Below the pieces are notes generated by a model. It saw nothing but the letters and a program-made list of their open reading frames with translations, searched no databases and was not told the origin of the DNA. Shown piece after piece: positions 63,025 through 64,000 of a stretch of DNA of 64,000 nucleotides. The stretch comes from the human T2T-CHM13v2.0 reference genome, Homo sapiens: assembly GCF_009914755.1 (NCBI RefSeq), contig NC_060935.1; one strand, 5' to 3'. Positions within the stretch are counted from its first letter, which is position 1; every line of letters starts with the position of its first letter. The translations under genes were made by a program, and so were the position numbers.

Positions 63025-63952
63025 TCACATCCTCTGCTTTGCAATAGCTCTCCTTCGAGCTCCTTTCACATCTTGGTTCCTCAGGCTGTAAATCAAGGGG
63101 TTAAGCATGGGTGTGACCACCGTGTAGAAAACCGCAATGATCTTGCCGCCAGCCCAGGAGGACCTCGACTGTGGTCTCATGTCCATGAAGATGGCAGTCC
63201 CATAAATAAGGTTACCACTGTCAAATGGGAGGTACAGGTGGATAATGCCTGATACCGCCCAGAGGCTGACCGCATCCTGAGAACAGATTGAAGGATCCGG
63301 ACATAGGAAACAACAATGAGGAGGAAAGGGATGAAGACAATGATGATACTGAAGATAAAAACAACCAGCTCTGTGAATGAGGTGTTGGTGCAAGCCAACC
63401 TCAGGACAGAAAGTACCTCACAGAAAAAGTGATTCAGGATATTAGGCCCACAGTAGGGCAAACTCAACGTGAGAACATTGATAACCATGGAACTCAGGAA
63501 GCTACTGGACCAAGAAATAACTGCCAGTTGAATGCAGGTGTTTTGGTCCATAATGAAGGTATAATGAAGAGGATGACAAATGGCTACATATCTGTCATAA
63601 GCCATGACACCAAGGAGGACACAATCATTCCAAAGGAGAGGGAGAAGTACATCTGAGTAGCGCAGCTGGAGAATGAGATGGTGTTCTTTTTCCCCGCCAT
63701 GTTGGACAGCATTTGGGGGACATTGGTGGATGTGTAGCAAATGTCCAGAAAGGATAAATTAGTGAGGAAGAAGTACATGGGGGTTTGGAGGAGAGGTTCC
63801 ATCTAGATAATAGTGATGATTATAACATTTCCAGCCACCGTTGATAAATAGAACAAGAACATAATAAAAAGAATAAGCTGTATCTTTGGTTCAGAGGACA
63901 ACCCCAGGAACACAAATTCAGTGACAGTGAAGTTTGTGTTTATTGACTCCAT
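63025..63952 (-). pseudogene. OR2AH1P: OR family 2-like pseudogene (nonsense codon plus frameshifts)
   Basis: MESINTNFTVTEFVFLG from ATG 63952; TAG at 63803-63805; frameshifts near 63625 and 63205; [25 protein letters not shown]. Symbol is from recalled gene order. Confidence 0.85.
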
Positions 63953-64000
63953 CTTTCAAGGCATCTTCCTCTCACAGAACCATTGACTCACCTGAAGACA

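Overview
Human genomic DNA (it carries a consensus AluYa5, primate L1PA elements and a HERV-K LTR5) from a class II olfactory receptor (OR) cluster, recognisable as the OR5M1-OR5AP2-OR5AR1 interval of 11q12.1. There are three intact OR ORFs (OR5M1 -, OR5AP2 -, OR5AR1 +) and four OR pseudogenes (probably OR5AM1P, OR5M12P, OR5AP1P and OR2AH1P, named from recalled gene order). These sit in AT-rich DNA dense with Alu, L1, L2, ERV/LTR and DNA-transposon relics. Nearly all other ORFs in the track are repeat-derived or spurious. I see no convincing new multi-gene system. The most unusual structure is the OR pseudogene at ~13.7-15.8 kb, which is split by two separate TSD-flanked, L1-type insertions: a ~236-bp polyadenylated insert matching no repeat I recognise (orphan transduction or mRNA 3' end), and an L1PA 3' end that appears to carry a ~730-bp 3' transduction. 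Also notable are a pristine AluYa5, a HERV-K solo LTR pointing at OR5M1, a (GGAA)17 tract beside OR5AP2, a pseudogene with a single frameshift and an apparently intact promoter, and conserved-motif changes in the intact ORs.
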